Below, one piece after another: positions 26,581 to 36,120 of a DNA stretch of 64,000 nucleotides. Position 1 is the first letter of the stretch; each line of letters begins with the position of its first letter. The translations under genes were made by a program, and so were the position numbers. The notes below the pieces were generated by a model. The model was given only the letters and a program-made list of their open reading frames with translations. It was not told the origin of the DNA and searched no databases. The DNA is taken from NCBI GenBank assembly GCA_016926475.1, contig JAFGON010000023.1, positions 559-64,558 on the forward strand. The letters are read 5' to 3'. This DNA comes from a candidate division WOR-3 bacterium. Lineage in GTDB: Bacteria; SDB-A.

Positions 26581-29337
26581 TCAGTAAACTTCGTTCCAGT
26601 AGACGTATTTCTTTTTAAATCCTGGACCTGTTATCTCTCTGATTATAGGTCCGGAACTGGTCATCACAATGACCACAGGTCCGTCAGGACCGACAGTGAC
26701 CTGCGGAGAGGAAGGGACTCCAATGTGTCCGAGGTCTATAGCCTCCAAGAGTCTGCCTTCGAGCAGCGACGCGACATACATTCTCGCGTAACCCGCTCCA
26801 ATGTCGCAGGGGCCTGCTTCTGCTGTGTCGGGGGCGAATGTCGTCCAATATACGTTGTTGCTGTAAATGAGAGGAAGAGACGTGACTTTCTCTCCGGGGT
26901 GGGTGTGCCTGTAGTAATACCCGTAATCACCAGGAGGGGTCGCTGCTGTCGTCAACTCGGCCATGTCGGATATTGTCGCCGCCGCGCCGGATGCCGGAGG
27001 CGATTTGAGCATTAGGAAGTAACCGACTTTCGTTGTGTCCATTGGGTTGTCCCTGTTTCCGGAACCCCAGCAATACCAGTGTTCTCCGCTGAAATCTTGA
27101 GCTACAGCGACGGGGAAAAAGCAAGTCATGTCGGCGTCGGCCGGGACTCCCGCGCTCCCGCTGAAAGCTGTATAAACCGACCAATTTGAAGGATTTGTAT
27201 CTGATTCTGTGTCCATTATCAGGAGGTTTCCGCCCAGATCCGGAGCAACCACCATGTCGACGAAGCCGTTTACGTTCATATCCGTCATCGCCAGAGAAGC
27301 CGGCACTCCGTTTCCGTTGGGGTTTTCCCATCCTTTTGCCCATGCGGTGTTTCCGGTCAAAGCGTAAAAAGCGAAGAAATCTCCCGTGTCCGCTACGAAA
27401 GATCCTGAAGTGTCGGGGACGTATCCCCCACCCATGAAAAATCCCCACATGGGAATTGCCGTGTCGTTGCTGACGGGGTCCACATCCACTTTGAACTGAC
27501 CCGCTGTGGGCTGGGACCAGGTGTCTCCAAACCTTTTATAAAGGCCTCCGATGAGAGTTCCGGATATTTCGGTGATCAACTTGGGATAAGAAGAAGTGTC
27601 TGTCGGCGCCGGCACCTCGGTTATATCGAGAATTATGTAGTTGTTGCCGCCTTCTCTCTGCCCCACAATCAAAATTGTTCGCCAGTCGGTCGGGTCTTTC
27701 ACACCGTCTCCGTCCAAGTCGGCCCACAAATCGGCGGCGGTGACCGGTCCGTCTAAAATATAGGTGTGCTGGTTGTCGAGCGCCCAAACCCTGAGTTTGT
27801 TCATCGCGAATTTCGGCACCCAAGCCCAGACTTCATGCCCGGTAGAGGCGTCTATACAGTGAAGCGTACCCGTGTTTGTACCGACGTACACCCTTTTTCT
27901 GCTGTCTCTGTAAGCGTGGTTTTTTCTGTAAACCACGTATGACGGGTCGCCTGTGTAAAATGGGCTCGGGGCGCCTATCATCAGAGGAGCGCTGTGAAAT
28001 ATGTCTCCCATCTTCCATCCAGGAGACGCGTTGCTGTAACCCTCTCTCGTCCTCTGGACGATGAGGTCTTTTTCCCAGGCGGTGCCGACGTTGACTTCCG
28101 AGGGCAGGACATTCAGAAAACTGAAGTCGGATTTGAGTCCAAGCTGATTCGTGTAGAAAATTTTTCTGCTCGCGGAAGGGGTCTGCTGAAGAGATTCTCC
28201 CGCGGTCCAGATTTCAGAACCCAAAAATGTGTCGCCCGTGAAAACGACAGCTCTGAGCTGACCATCCCAAAACCCTCCTCCCTGAGGACGGAAAGTCGCG
28301 TAAACTATCGCCGTGTCGCTTATCATAGTCCTGACAACAGGGACACTCGCCGGTGAGAACGAAAAGTTGTTCTCGAGAATCGACTGGAAAATATCATGCA
28401 GGGATTGAGCGAGCTCATCGGCGGTCTGAGCTATATAGGCGTAACCCTCGCAGTAATGAAAAGAAGGAGGCAGGGCTTGATAGCCCGTCGAGTAGGCGGA
28501 TTTTGGGTTGTACCATCCGTTTGATGACCCCCAACCGCTTCCAATGGGTTGTGGCCATGTCCACGGATTGTGAACGTGTGTGTGGGGGGGGTTGTACATC
28601 ATGTCTGAATAGTTGTATTTATCGAGATTGTCGGTCCCTCCCCAGTATGCCGCCCAGTTCAGTTCGTTTCTTCCTTTTTGTGTTATTCCTGTGCCGAAAC
28701 CGACCATGAAAGCCGGAATATCTCTGTCTTGGTTGCTCACCGAGGCTTCTCGGACAAGCGACCAGCTTCCGAGCCAGTCGTTTGATTCGGTTATCTGGGT
28801 GTAAGACGCGTTTGTTCCATAGCCGTTTGATTCCCCGTCAGTTATATGTATCAGGTAATAACTCCTGCAGTCGAGGTCTGGATGGGTTGAGTCGTATTCG
28901 TGTATCCATTTTGAAGAAAAGTAAATCGCAGGGCCGTTAGGAGTCCAACCTCCATTTGTGGTGTAGTTGATGTGGGACCATATCGTCGAATAGGGCGTCC
29001 CGAAAGTGTCCGCTCTCAAAGAACCCGTCGCCTCCCCGGGCAGATAGATATACGGACCGGGGTTGTACGTTCCCGAAGGGGTGTTATAAAAAAATCCAGT
29101 TGCCAGATCGACGCCGAGAATATCCCTGTCGGAGTCTTCCACCACTCCGTCTTTGTCTGCGTCGAGAAGGCTTTTTATGACCTGCAGAGCCTGGGTTATT
29201 CTCGATCCGGCCATGCTGCCCGACCTGTCGAGAAAAATCATGGCCGCAGGTTCAGCCGCGACGCGGAACAGGACTTCATCGTTGGCGAGCAGCAAAGCGG
29301 GAAAGACAAGCAAGATAAATAAATTTTTCCACTTCAT
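26581..29337 (-). CDS. pilY1: PilY1/PilC-like type IV pilus tip adhesin with an N-terminal von Willebrand A domain
   Basis: Signal peptide. MIDAS motif FLDRSGSMAG plus ITDGES. C-terminal VYVGTNTGTLHCIDASTGHEVWAWVP matches the PilY1 beta-propeller signature. Confidence 0.65.
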   Translation of the reverse strand: MKWKNLFILLVFPALLLANDEVLFRVAAEPAAMIFLDRSGSMAGSRITQALQVIKSLLDADKDGVVEDSDRDILGVDLATGFFYNTPSGTYNPGPYIYLPGEATGSLRADTFGTPYSTIWSHINYTTNGGWTPNGPAIYFSSKWIHEYDSTHPDLDCRSYYLIHITDGESNGYGTNASYTQITESNDWLGSWSLVREASVSNQDRDIPAFMVGFGTGITQKGRNELNWAAYWGGTDNLDKYNYSDMMYNPPHTHVHNPWTWPQPIGSGWGSSNGWYNPKSAYSTGYQALPPSFHYCEGYAYIAQTADELAQSLHDIFQSILENNFSFSPASVPVVRTMISDTAIVYATFRPQGGGFWDGQLRAVVFTGDTFLGSEIWTAGESLQQTPSASRKIFYTNQLGLKSDFSFLNVLPSEVNVGTAWEKDLIVQRTREGYSNASPGWKMGDIFHSAPLMIGAPSPFYTGDPSYVVYRKNHAYRDSRKRVYVGTNTGTLHCIDASTGHEVWAWVPKFAMNKLRVWALDNQHTYILDGPVTAADLWADLDGDGVKDPTDWRTILIVGQREGGNNYIILDITEVPAPTDTSSYPKLITEISGTLIGGLYKRFGDTWSQPTAGQFKVDVDPVSNDTAIPMWGFFMGGGYVPDTSGSFVADTGDFFAFYALTGNTAWAKGWENPNGNGVPASLAMTDMNVNGFVDMVVAPDLGGNLLIMDTESDTNPSNWSVYTAFSGSAGVPADADMTCFFPVAVAQDFSGEHWYCWGSGNRDNPMDTTKVGYFLMLKSPPASGAAATISDMAELTTAATPPGDYGYYYRHTHPGEKVTSLPLIYSNNVYWTTFAPDTAEAGPCDIGAGYARMYVASLLEGRLLEAIDLGHIGVPSSPQVTVGPDGPVVIVMTSSGPIIREITGPGFKKKYVYWNEVY

Positions 29338-29346
29338 GTTTCCCCC

Positions 29347-29877
29347 TTACCTTGTCCCTTGAATTCCGGACGGATCCACGACGACGGCTACTGGAAGACA
29401 AGCTCTTCCAGAACCGAGTTGTATCTCCATCACCGTGTAGAAAATTCCTTGGTTCGTGAAAATTTCACCGTCGATTTCGACAGCGTAATGCCACGCTTCT
29501 CTCGACAAAATCTTACCCATAAATATTACTTTGACTCCTTCGGGCGATCTTATGGGAAACCCTGGGTCGTAACCCTTGAGCCTTTCTATATCAAAGCCGT
29601 ATTCGTCCGAGCCGTGGTAAAAAATTACCACTGGGTCGTAGACAAAAAAACCGGTCGGGAGAGAGGGGTCGTCTTTCAGCTCGTAGTCTTCAAGGATTTC
29701 TTTCTTTATATCGTCTGTTTCAAGGGCGGTAGAAGAGACGGATAGATCAGACCTCAAAGCGAACCATTTGACAGCCTCTCTCTCCTGAGGAGGGTTTAAA
29801 TCCATGTCTTGTTCAAAAGCTGAAACGTTTTGGGAAAGAAAAAACGTCAGCATAATAAATATCGATATTTTGACCAT
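29347..29877 (-). CDS. secreted hypothetical protein of the pilus tip operon (start moved to the ATG behind GAAGGAGG)
   Basis: Signal peptide MVKISIFIMLTFFLSQNVSA and a strong RBS. The longer ORF-track version overlaps the pilX-like gene. Confidence 0.5.
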   Translation of the reverse strand: MVKISIFIMLTFFLSQNVSAFEQDMDLNPPQEREAVKWFALRSDLSVSSTALETDDIKKEILEDYELKDDPSLPTGFFVYDPVVIFYHGSDEYGFDIERLKGYDPGFPIRSPEGVKVIFMGKILSREAWHYAVEIDGEIFTNQGIFYTVMEIQLGSGRACLPVAVVVDPSGIQGTR

Positions 29878-29888
29878 CTGACCTCCTT

Positions 29889-30332
29889 CTACGGATAGCC
29901 CGTAGTCCCGCCGGGGACCGGCGCCGCTGTTGTTCCGACGAGGATTTGAGAACGTCCTTTTCTCGGGGACGTTATCTGCTCTTCGCCGGTTATCTTGTAT
30001 GAATAATTCAGAGCGACAAGAGCTCTTTCGTTTGCCGTCCAGGAAGAAGTGTAACCCGGTAAAATTTTTGTTGTCTTGGTCATTGTGTCTACGTCGCATT
30101 TGACGTTTCCTATCGTGAAAGTGTCTCCATGGTCGGGTTGGTAAACAGTTCCCAGTGTCGCCGTCACTCTTTCGGCTCCGGCTTCAGTGCCTCTGAAGGC
30201 CTGCGTTTTATGCTTTATGACGTCTGTGATTCTGAGATCAGACGTCGCGAGCATAAAAGCTGCGCCGACAAGAATAGCTCCCGCGACAAGTATGCTCAAA
30301 GCCAAGATGAGCGCTATTCCTTTTCTTTTCAT
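29889..30332 (-). CDS. pilX: PilX-like minor pilin (PilX_N domain)
   Basis: MKRKGIALILALSILVAGAILVGAAF matches the PilX N-terminal helix, which lacks Glu5. Position is consistent with the fimU-pilVWX order. Confidence 0.55.
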   Translation of the reverse strand: MKRKGIALILALSILVAGAILVGAAFMLATSDLRITDVIKHKTQAFRGTEAGAERVTATLGTVYQPDHGDTFTIGNVKCDVDTMTKTTKILPGYTSSWTANERALVALNYSYKITGEEQITSPRKGRSQILVGTTAAPVPGGTTGYP

Positions 30333-30341
30333 CTGCCCCCC

Positions 30342-30947
30342 TTACATCCTGCTTCTTATTGTTACGACCCGGCTGAAAGTTATCGTGTCCGCCGAAGTCG
30401 GATTTTTCACGGCTCTCTGGTTGTAGGTCGTCACCCTCAGTTCTACGTGGGTGACCGCGAGGTTGTTCGCCGTCACAGCTCCGGTGACGTCGTACGGTAT
30501 TATGTCAAAACTCTCAACGCCGGGAATCAAAAGGTTATAGACCAGAGCACCCGCGCTGTATCGGACGTTGTAAACGTTCTTTGAAGCTGCGTCGTAGACG
30601 ATTCCGAAGGTTTCATAGACTGTGTCGAGCGATCCGTTGCCAAAAGTGGCTTCAGGGTAAACGTCTGCGAAATAGCAAAACGAATCGTTTCCTGAAGCAT
30701 TGTAGTGGAGTTTAAAAATCTTGAAAATGGTCGTGTCCTGAAATTCCCTTGTGTTTCCGGGTATTGCCCTCATCTCTCTCGAAGCTATCCTCAAAATAGC
30801 TTCTGCAGACTGTATCGCTTCGGACCTGCCTTCGATAATAGATTGGTGGTTTCTCTCCTGAGTGTAATAATACACGAGGACGCCCACGAGAGCCAAACCC
30901 ATGGTCAGGGCGCCCAAAAGTTCGACCAAAGAAAATCCTTTTTTCAT
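30342..30947 (-). CDS. pilW: PilW-like minor pilin with a prepilin N-terminal methylation motif
   Basis: MKKGFSLVELLGALTMGLALVG (G|FxxxE). RBS GGAGAGGTGA. The longer ORF-track start overlaps the upstream gene. Confidence 0.55.
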   Translation of the reverse strand: MKKGFSLVELLGALTMGLALVGVLVYYYTQERNHQSIIEGRSEAIQSAEAILRIASREMRAIPGNTREFQDTTIFKIFKLHYNASGNDSFCYFADVYPEATFGNGSLDTVYETFGIVYDAASKNVYNVRYSAGALVYNLLIPGVESFDIIPYDVTGAVTANNLAVTHVELRVTTYNQRAVKNPTSADTITFSRVVTIRSRM

Positions 30948-30952
30948 AATTC

Positions 30953-31303
30953 TCACCTCTCCGCCACATAGGTGTGAATTGTATCGATGATCTGCTGACC
31001 TTGCCTGCTCCTCCAAGAGTATTCGACAGTCATGCTCTTTGCCCTCAGGCCTGACGTGTCGGGATAGACAGTCCATGTAATATGTGTCGTCCCGAAAATG
31101 GAGTCGCCACTCGCTATCGTCTCGTAGTCGATGCTCTTTATCCATTCAAGAAAATCCTCTAAGTCGTTTATCGCTTGTTTCTCGATTCGGACGCTCAATT
31201 CAGCCTCCATGGTCCTGACCCTCGCCGCTCCGAGGGCGACAATACCAATTGCAAAGAGGACGACGACCACAAGAACTTCGAGATATGAAAATCCTTTTTT
31301 CAT
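30953..31303 (-). CDS. pilV: PilV-like minor pilin
   Basis: MKKGFSYLEVLVVVVLFAIGIVALG prepilin motif. 116 aa. Confidence 0.55.
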   Translation of the reverse strand: MKKGFSYLEVLVVVVLFAIGIVALGAARVRTMEAELSVRIEKQAINDLEDFLEWIKSIDYETIASGDSIFGTTHITWTVYPDTSGLRAKSMTVEYSWRSRQGQQIIDTIHTYVAER

Positions 31304-31314
31304 AAAAATCTCCC

Positions 31315-31776
31315 TCAGTATTTGATGATTCTGGCAATGCCGGTAGCGGGAATTACTTTTATGGAAAGCCTTCTCGTGCCGCTCTCAATCATGACAGAAT
31401 CTCTCGGAGACGAACCGAGAGAAAGAGAAAGAGATCCGGTTGGAAGAAAAAAAATCTCCGAATACTGGCCGGAATTGAGAGTGACGTTGCTCGGAATATC
31501 CCCTTTGATGTCGAGACTCGTCGCCGATCCTCCGACACCTCCCTGCCATTTGCAGACTTCATAACGCCCCGCAGTCGTGTTGAATCTTACGAGAGTCGTA
31601 TCTGCTTTTGTTATAGCGAGCTCTCTCGCCTCCTTGACGGCCCCGACGACCTGCCTTGTCGCCCTGTCGACTTTGTCGTTTAAAACTCTGACAAAAGGAA
31701 TCGATATTGAGACTATCAGCCCCATCAGCACGACCACGACCATCAATTCTATTATCGAAAAACCCTTTTTAGACAT
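31315..31776 (-). CDS. fimU: FimU/FimT/GspH-family minor pilin
   Basis: MSKKGFSIIELMVVVVLMGLIVSIS prepilin motif. C-terminal region is GspH-like. Confidence 0.55.
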   Translation of the reverse strand: MSKKGFSIIELMVVVVLMGLIVSISIPFVRVLNDKVDRATRQVVGAVKEARELAITKADTTLVRFNTTAGRYEVCKWQGGVGGSATSLDIKGDIPSNVTLNSGQYSEIFFLPTGSLSLSLGSSPRDSVMIESGTRRLSIKVIPATGIARIIKY

Positions 31777-31902
31777 TTATCCCTCCCATTATCTGTAAAC
31801 ATTTATAGGTATAGCAAAACCTTTGCCATAAAACTTGATTTTTATAAACCACAAAATAATGTGGCATATCATAAAAAGGTTTTTTTTTGTGTATAAATAT
31901 TG

Positions 31903-31936
31903 TGAAAATATTTTCAAGTTGTGAAAATATTTTCAC
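31903..31936. promoter_or_regulatory. two copies of a 14-bp perfect palindrome, TGAAAATATTTTCA, centred 19 bp apart in the pilin-operon promoter region
   Basis: tgtgaaaatattttcaag ttg tgaaaatattttcac. The second copy extends to the 16-bp palindrome GTGAAAATATTTTCAC. They overlap a candidate -35 (TTGAAA) / -10 (TATACA) on the minus strand. Confidence 0.55.
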
Positions 31937-31940
31937 ATTG

Positions 31941-31985
31941 CAGAAAAAAAACAAAGGAGAGTCCTGCTGTATAGTAGGACTCTCT
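31941..31985 (-). terminator. intrinsic terminator of the RND efflux operon (9-bp GC-rich stem followed by a T-run on the minus strand)
   Basis: GGAGAGTCCT-gctgtatagt-AGGACTCTC hairpin. Adjacent A8 on the plus strand is the T-run for the minus-strand transcript. Confidence 0.65.
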
Positions 31986-32008
31986 AAAAATTTCCTAAAT
32001 TGCTTTAC

Positions 32009-35000
32009 TCAATCGCTTTCTGTTATGTCTACCGGTTCCAAATCATGGGGCATTTTACCTGCCTTGTTGATAAAAGAATAGACAACCGGAATTACTAACA
32101 GGGTCAAAAGGGTTGCAAAGAGAAGACCGAAAATTATCGGCCATACCATCGGTCCCCAGAATTTATATTTCATACCAATTCCGAGGGCGAGCGGAAGCAT
32201 TCCTCCCATCGTCGTCACGGAAGTCATTAGAATTGGCCTTAATCTGACAGGGCCTGCTTTTCTTAGAGCTTGGTATATCGGCATGCCGTCTTTCCTCAGC
32301 TTGTTTGTGTATGTGACAAACACAATAGCGTCGTTTACAACTATTCCTACCAGCGCGATAGTCCCAATGAAAGGCATCACTCCGAAGTGGTTTCTCGTTA
32401 TCAAAAGACTGAGAAGAACCCCGATTATGGAAAATGGAACCGTGAACATAATTACAAATGGATGTGAAAGAGATTGAAACTGGATGACCATGATTAGATA
32501 AATCAGCGCCACACCGATTAAAAGAGCAATTCCAAGACCGCCGAAGTCTTCCTCCATCTGCTGTTTGTCACCGGTTATGTTTATCGTGTAACCTGGCGTC
32601 TGCAGAGAATCGATGAAAGGTTCGAGTTTTTTTATTACATCGAACGCGAGAACGCCGTATACATCCGAACTCACCGTGACCTGCCTCATTCCATCGACCC
32701 TGTTTATCTGAGAAAACCCCGACGTCACGTTTATGTCGGCGACTTGCTCGAGCGGAACTGTTGAACCCGACGCCGTGGGCACTGGAAAAGACCTTAGGAC
32801 ATCAAGCGTTTTGTCGCTTTCCTCAAGTTCTACCCTGACTTTGACCTTGTCGTCTCCGATGTTCATTTCCGTAGCGTCTGTTCCGTTGAAGGAAACAGAA
32901 ACGGGCTGAACAATGTCCGCAGGGGTGACCCCGTAATAAGCGGCTTCTCTTCTTTTGATTATGACTTCGACCTCTGGAGAGCCCGATCCGAAATCGTCTT
33001 TCACGTTGCGAGTTCCTTCCTGCTGACGGAGAAACTGCTTTATTTTGTAGGCTATGTCCATCAAAACGTCTATGTTGTCACCTTTGATTTCAACCGTGAT
33101 CGGCGCACCTGAAGGCGGCCCCATGGATTCGCCTCTCATTTCGACTCTTGCCTCCGCAATTTCGTGCTTTATCGAATCGATTTTTGCAAGCAAAATTTCT
33201 CTGACTTCTATGTCTTTTTTGCCGGAGTTCTCAAACAATCGGACTTCTATCTGAGCGGTATTCCCGCTGACGTTTGAAGTGTACTTTTCGACCTCGGGTA
33301 TCTGAGCGATCAGGGCTTCAATCTTCTTTGAAATTTCGTCGATGTCCTCGGTGGGCGTGCCGGTTGGAACAGAGACGTTGACCGTGAACTGATCAAAACC
33401 GCTTGAAGGCCAAAGCTCGAAACCAACAACCGGAAGAAGAGCAAGAGACAGGATAAAAGCGGTCCCGGCGAATATAAGCGTTTTCACCCTGTGGTCGAGC
33501 GCCCAGTCGAGTATTTTCCTGTAGGTTCTCATTACTCTGGAGTTCACCCACCTGTCTCTTCTCTTGGCTGCTTTACTGTGATATATGAGGAATTTTGAAG
33601 CCACTGCAGGAATAACTAAATGGTCGACGAGAATAGACGAGGACAGGGCTATAATCACCGTTATCGGGATCAATTTCATGAATTCGCCGGTCACTCCCCT
33701 TATCATGAACATTGGGAAAAATGCGGCCATCGTTGTAAGGGCAGACGCGAGAATTGCGCCTCCCGTTTCGTCAATGCCTTTTCTGGCGGCGGTCATTTTA
33801 TCGTATCCGTATTCCAGATACCTGTATGTGCTCTCTATGACAATAATGGCCCCGTCCACTATCATGCCGACCAGAAGTATCATCGAGAAGAGAGACATGT
33901 TGTTCAATGAGTAACCCAGCAAAAACAAAGCTGCAAAAGATGTGCTTATTATCAGCGGAATGGAGATCATCACGAGCACGGCGTTTCTCCACCCTACACC
34001 TAAAACCAATATCAAAATTACAAGAATGGATCCGAATATCGCGTTTTGCTTGAGCTGGTTAAGGTTTTCGTTTATGTAATCTGACTGGTCAAAGGTTATG
34101 TCGAAGGAGATTCCCAGGGGAAGATTTTCCCGGATTATCTCGAGCTCTTCCCTGATTCTTTTGGAAATTCCGATTGTGTTGCCGTTTGTTTTCTTGTATA
34201 TGGCGAGCGTCACCGAAGGGTGGCTGTTGAAACGTGAATATGACGTCGCCTTCTCTAGTGTGTCGAGAACCGTAGAAATATCGGACAAATAGACCGGACC
34301 GTTAGCAGTAACCGTTATCACGGTGTTTTCAATATCCTCCTTGGAACGATAGGCGCCGAGGACTCTGAGGGTGTAGTCTTTCTCTCCGAGATTGATGCTG
34401 CCTGCCGGAAGATCTATGTTCGAACTGTTTATCCTTCCTATGATGAGTGGAATCGTCAGCCCGTATTCCCTGAGCTTGTCCTCTCTGAGCAGGACCATGA
34501 ACTGCCTTTCTCTTCCGCCGAATACGTCGACCCTCGAAACACCGCTGATGCCTTCGAAAATGGGGGCGATGTCGTCCGCGTATCTTTTCAGGTTTTCATA
34601 TGAGGTCTTATCCCCATTCTCGCTTTTGAGAGTCAGGAAAATCACGGGCATTTCGCTGAGTTTTATATCCCGAATTATAGGATCCATTGCGTCTTCAGGA
34701 AACTCGTGCTTTACTCTGTTGATTATCTCTTCTATGTCTCTCTTTGCATCGTCGTTATCGACTCCTATGTCAAATTCATACCAGATCTGAGCTCCGCTAT
34801 TTGAAGAGTATGAATAGACATGTTTGAGGTCTTCAATTCCTCTGGAGTCCTCTTCTACGATTTTTGAAATCTGCTTTTCAACCTCTTCCGGGGCGGCTCC
34901 AGGGTAGGGAATCGTCACCGAAATCCAAGGGATGTTGACATCGGGGACGAGTTCAACAGGTATTGAAAAATAAGCGTAAACACCGAAGAGAGCAGCTGCT

Positions 35001-35056
35001 ATCGCGACGATAAAAACAGTCAAACTCGAAGAAATTGCCAGCTGGGATATCTTCAT
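32009..35056 (-). CDS. RND family efflux transporter, inner-membrane permease (HAE1/AcrB-like)
   Basis: 1015 aa with 12 TM segments and two large periplasmic loops; typical AcrB architecture. Confidence 0.8.
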   Translation of the reverse strand: MKISQLAISSSLTVFIVAIAAALFGVYAYFSIPVELVPDVNIPWISVTIPYPGAAPEEVEKQISKIVEEDSRGIEDLKHVYSYSSNSGAQIWYEFDIGVDNDDAKRDIEEIINRVKHEFPEDAMDPIIRDIKLSEMPVIFLTLKSENGDKTSYENLKRYADDIAPIFEGISGVSRVDVFGGRERQFMVLLREDKLREYGLTIPLIIGRINSSNIDLPAGSINLGEKDYTLRVLGAYRSKEDIENTVITVTANGPVYLSDISTVLDTLEKATSYSRFNSHPSVTLAIYKKTNGNTIGISKRIREELEIIRENLPLGISFDITFDQSDYINENLNQLKQNAIFGSILVILILVLGVGWRNAVLVMISIPLIISTSFAALFLLGYSLNNMSLFSMILLVGMIVDGAIIVIESTYRYLEYGYDKMTAARKGIDETGGAILASALTTMAAFFPMFMIRGVTGEFMKLIPITVIIALSSSILVDHLVIPAVASKFLIYHSKAAKRRDRWVNSRVMRTYRKILDWALDHRVKTLIFAGTAFILSLALLPVVGFELWPSSGFDQFTVNVSVPTGTPTEDIDEISKKIEALIAQIPEVEKYTSNVSGNTAQIEVRLFENSGKKDIEVREILLAKIDSIKHEIAEARVEMRGESMGPPSGAPITVEIKGDNIDVLMDIAYKIKQFLRQQEGTRNVKDDFGSGSPEVEVIIKRREAAYYGVTPADIVQPVSVSFNGTDATEMNIGDDKVKVRVELEESDKTLDVLRSFPVPTASGSTVPLEQVADINVTSGFSQINRVDGMRQVTVSSDVYGVLAFDVIKKLEPFIDSLQTPGYTINITGDKQQMEEDFGGLGIALLIGVALIYLIMVIQFQSLSHPFVIMFTVPFSIIGVLLSLLITRNHFGVMPFIGTIALVGIVVNDAIVFVTYTNKLRKDGMPIYQALRKAGPVRLRPILMTSVTTMGGMLPLALGIGMKYKFWGPMVWPIIFGLLFATLLTLLVIPVVYSFINKAGKMPHDLEPVDITESD

Positions 35057-36120
35057 TTTTCAACTCCGGGCATATATTCGGGACACATCAGGCAGTTTAT
35101 AGGCGAACCGTCTTCTATGTAGTCCTGTCCCGCCACTATGACAGTGTCGCTGACACTTAGTCCTTCGAGAACGATACCGAAAGAATCGTTTATCTGTTCG
35201 ATGGATATCACGGTTCTAAGAGCTATTCCCCCGGAAGCCTTGAATACAACAGTCTCTCCTTCCTGCATCAAGACCGACTTCAGAGGGACTATAATCGCTT
35301 CTTCGAATCTTCCTATTTCTATCTGAGCAATGCCGATCATGCCTGGAAGTAGCGTTTTATCTAGATTTGAACATATCACTTCGACAGTAAACTTGCCTGT
35401 CTGCCTGTCCGCAGCCGGATAAATTCTGTTCACTGTCCCACCAAATATCCTGTCCGGGAAGGCGTCCACGCATATTTCCACTGGAGACCCTTCTTGGATT
35501 TTAGTGACATTTTCAGAGCTGACGCTCAGTTTGATTTTTACAGTGTCCATGTCGGCTATTCCGAAATACGGCATGCCAGGACTTGCCATCTCCTGAGGGT
35601 CAATTCCCCTCGATGTTATGGTGCCGTCAAAAGGAGCTTTTATCACTGACCCCGACATCGCGGACTGGGCGAGCATGAGGCCGGACTGGGCGCTCTGAAA
35701 AGCAGTCTGCGCTGCTTGAAATTGAGACTGAGACACAAGCCCTGAATTGAAAAGTTCTTCTGTCCGACTGAAGTCGTCCTGAGCTTTTTGAAAAGAAGCC
35801 TGGGCTTGTATATAGTTCGCGTAAAAGTCCGTCCCTTCGAGTGACGCAATAACGTCGTTTTTCTTCACATAGTCGCCAATTTCGACCGAGACGGAGAGCA
35901 CTCTTCCCCCCGATTTAAACGATAGATCAACTTCCATCTGTCCTTCGATTCTTCCTGAGGACCGTATTTTGTCAACAAACAAACCTTTCTCTATCTGTAT
36001 TGTTCTCACTGTCGAACTGAACGGATTTCTGTTGTTTTTCGGCTTTTTCGAGCAGCTCATTAAAAGAACAAGAACCGTTATTGAAACCAACACAAGGGCT
36101 TTAGAAGTATTACTTCTCAT
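35053..36120 (-). CDS. RND efflux periplasmic adaptor (membrane fusion protein)
   Basis: Lipoprotein signal (LLMSC). Coiled-coil plus beta-barrel HlyD-like domains. 4-nt overlap with the RND gene. Confidence 0.75.
   Translation of the reverse strand: MRSNTSKALVLVSITVLVLLMSCSKKPKNNRNPFSSTVRTIQIEKGLFVDKIRSSGRIEGQMEVDLSFKSGGRVLSVSVEIGDYVKKNDVIASLEGTDFYANYIQAQASFQKAQDDFSRTEELFNSGLVSQSQFQAAQTAFQSAQSGLMLAQSAMSGSVIKAPFDGTITSRGIDPQEMASPGMPYFGIADMDTVKIKLSVSSENVTKIQEGSPVEICVDAFPDRIFGGTVNRIYPAADRQTGKFTVEVICSNLDKTLLPGMIGIAQIEIGRFEEAIIVPLKSVLMQEGETVVFKASGGIALRTVISIEQINDSFGIVLEGLSVSDTVIVAGQDYIEDGSPINCLMCPEYMPGVEK

Noticed and set aside
29878-30099. Longer version of the hypothetical pilus-operon gene (29347-30099), overlapping the pilX-like gene
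   Set aside because: It overlaps 210 nt of the pilX-like ORF in another frame. A signal peptide and strong RBS begin at 29877.
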